Below, piece after piece: positions 62,894-64,000 of a stretch of DNA of 64,000 nt. Source of the stretch: an uncultured Phycisphaerales bacterium. Its GTDB lineage: Bacteria; Planctomycetota; Phycisphaerae; Tepidisphaerales; Tepidisphaeraceae. Made by a program: the position numbers and the translations under genes. The notes under the pieces are model-generated. The model ran no database searches. It was given only the letters and a program-made list of their open reading frames with translations, and was not told the DNA's origin. The stretch covers positions 1,024,001 to 1,088,000 of the forward strand of contig CAWJPJ010000006.1 in NCBI GenBank assembly GCA_963844715.1. The letters are read 5' to 3'. Numbering within the stretch: position 1 is the first letter of the stretch; each line of letters begins with the position of its first letter.

Positions 62894-62959
62894 CGTTGTT
62901 CTGGTGAAAATCATTTGACGCGGACCGAAGTTGGTGGCTCCTCTTCGGTCCGCTTTTTT
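62894..62959 (+). ncRNA. Putative small RNA (~65 nt) ending in an intrinsic terminator
   Basis: Promoter upstream; 11-bp stem GCGGACCGAAG/CTTCGGTCCGC, loop TTGGTGGCTCCT, T6; no plus-strand gene follows. Confidence 0.5.
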
Positions 62960-62962
62960 ATT

Positions 62963-64000
62963 TCACTTCCGTTTTTTCTTCACGAACGATCGAAGCTGAG
63001 CGAGAGACATGCAGTTGATGACGTCGCCGGCGCTTGCCCAGGCGCGCCGGGCCACGAAGAGGCCGAACTGCATCGCGGATAATCCCTCGACGCTGTGGGC
63101 ATCGGTGTCGATGGCAAGCTTCACGCCCGCCGAGAGCGCGGCCTTGGCGTTCACGTCGTTCAAATCCAGTCGCGGCCAGCTACCGTTAATCTCCATCGCC
63201 GTGCCGGAATCCGCGGCGGCTTTGAAAATCCTTTCGAAATCGAACGTCAGGCCCTCGCGCTCGAAAATCAATCTGCCGGTGGGGTGACCGATGATGTTGA
63301 CGTACGGATTCCCTATGGCGCGCAGCAGTCGATCGGTAGCCTTATCGGCCGGCTGCTTGAGGGCGACGTGGGGGCTGGCGACGACGAAATCCAATTCGGC
63401 CAGAACCGAATCCTCGAAATCGAGATGGCCGTCGGCGAGGATGTCCACCTCGCAACCGGCCAGGAGCGTGATGCCCTTGAGACGGTCAGAAACGCGGCGA
63501 ATTTCGGCGGCGTGTTTCAGCAGGCGCTCGGCGGACAGCCCGTTGGCGATCACCTGCGTTTTGGAATGATCCGTGATGGCGAGGAATTCATAGCCGAGCT
63601 TGAGGGCGGCCTCGGCCATCTGCTCGATCGTCGCCTGCCCGTCGGAGGCGGTCGTGTGGCAATGCAAATCGCCGCGAATTTCCGAGAGTTTTATGAGTTT
63701 CGGGAGCTTTCCGGCGGCGGCCGCTTCGACCTCGCCGCGATCCTCGCGCAGCTCGGGGTCGATCCATTCGAGGTCTAGTTTTTTGTAAACCTCGTCCTCG
63801 GTTTTGGCCGCGACGGGTTTGATCGACGGCGCTTCGCCCGGCTCTTTTTTTGATTTCTCGTATTCGGACAGCTTGTACAGACCCCATTCGTTCAGCGTCA
63901 TCTTCATGGATAGCGCCAGGCCGCGCAGGCGAACATTGTGCTCCTTCGATCCGGTGAAGTGGAGGAGGGTCGCGCCGAAATTCGCCGGGGGGACGATCCG
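62963..64000 (-). CDS. polX: DNA polymerase X / PHP domain protein, C-terminal part
   Basis: 'TLLHFTGS..HN', 'LNEWGL', 'PELREDRGE', PHP motifs 'GDLHCHT..SDG', 'ITDHS', 'GHPTGR', 'IDTDAH'. Confidence 0.93.
   Translation of the reverse strand, partial: RIVPPANFGATLLHFTGSKEHNVRLRGLALSMKMTLNEWGLYKLSEYEKSKKEPGEAPSIKPVAAKTEDEVYKKLDLEWIDPELREDRGEVEAAAAGKLPKLIKLSEIRGDLHCHTTASDGQATIEQMAEAALKLGYEFLAITDHSKTQVIANGLSAERLLKHAAEIRRVSDRLKGITLLAGCEVDILADGHLDFEDSVLAELDFVVASPHVALKQPADKATDRLLRAIGNPYVNIIGHPTGRLIFEREGLTFDFERIFKAAADSGTAMEINGSWPRLDLNDVNAKAALSAGVKLAIDTDAHSVEGLSAMQFGLFVARRAWASAGDVINCMSLAQLRSFVKKKRK

Overview
GC-rich bacterial chromosome segment. The gene content (PEP-CTERM protein, SPINDLY-like TPR glycosyltransferases, efp with a PGNLR loop, palindromic REP-like repeats) suggests Planctomycetota, possibly Phycisphaerae; this is an inference. 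Single-base indels split many genes, including essential ones (leuS, dapF, adk). They are read as long-read assembly errors, and split ORFs are merged into one gene model each. Housekeeping genes (tRNA-Tyr, leuS, efp, adk, dapF, hldE, lipB, polX) are mixed with surface-glycan and signalling genes. Main observations: (1) A sensor-less sigma54 activator gene is followed by two paralogous ~200-bp regions with the same enhancer/IHF/sigma54-like layout. One precedes a PEP-CTERM surface-protein gene; the other precedes a ~140-nt non-coding unit. Both units end in the same 62-63-bp terminator module, whose loop has an anti-Shine-Dalgarno-like CUCCU. (2) A second ~65-nt promoter-to-terminator sRNA candidate also has GGCUCCU in its terminator loop. 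(3) A ParA ATPase fused to a glycogen-binding CBM48 domain lies upstream of a Walker-A-less FlhG/MinD-like gene, a candidate glycogen-positioning system. (4) A recurring sigma28-like promoter precedes two PilZ genes, the GGDEF gene, the ParA-CBM48 gene and two uncharacterised genes. (5) Four tandem TPR-GT41 genes are coupled to dapF.
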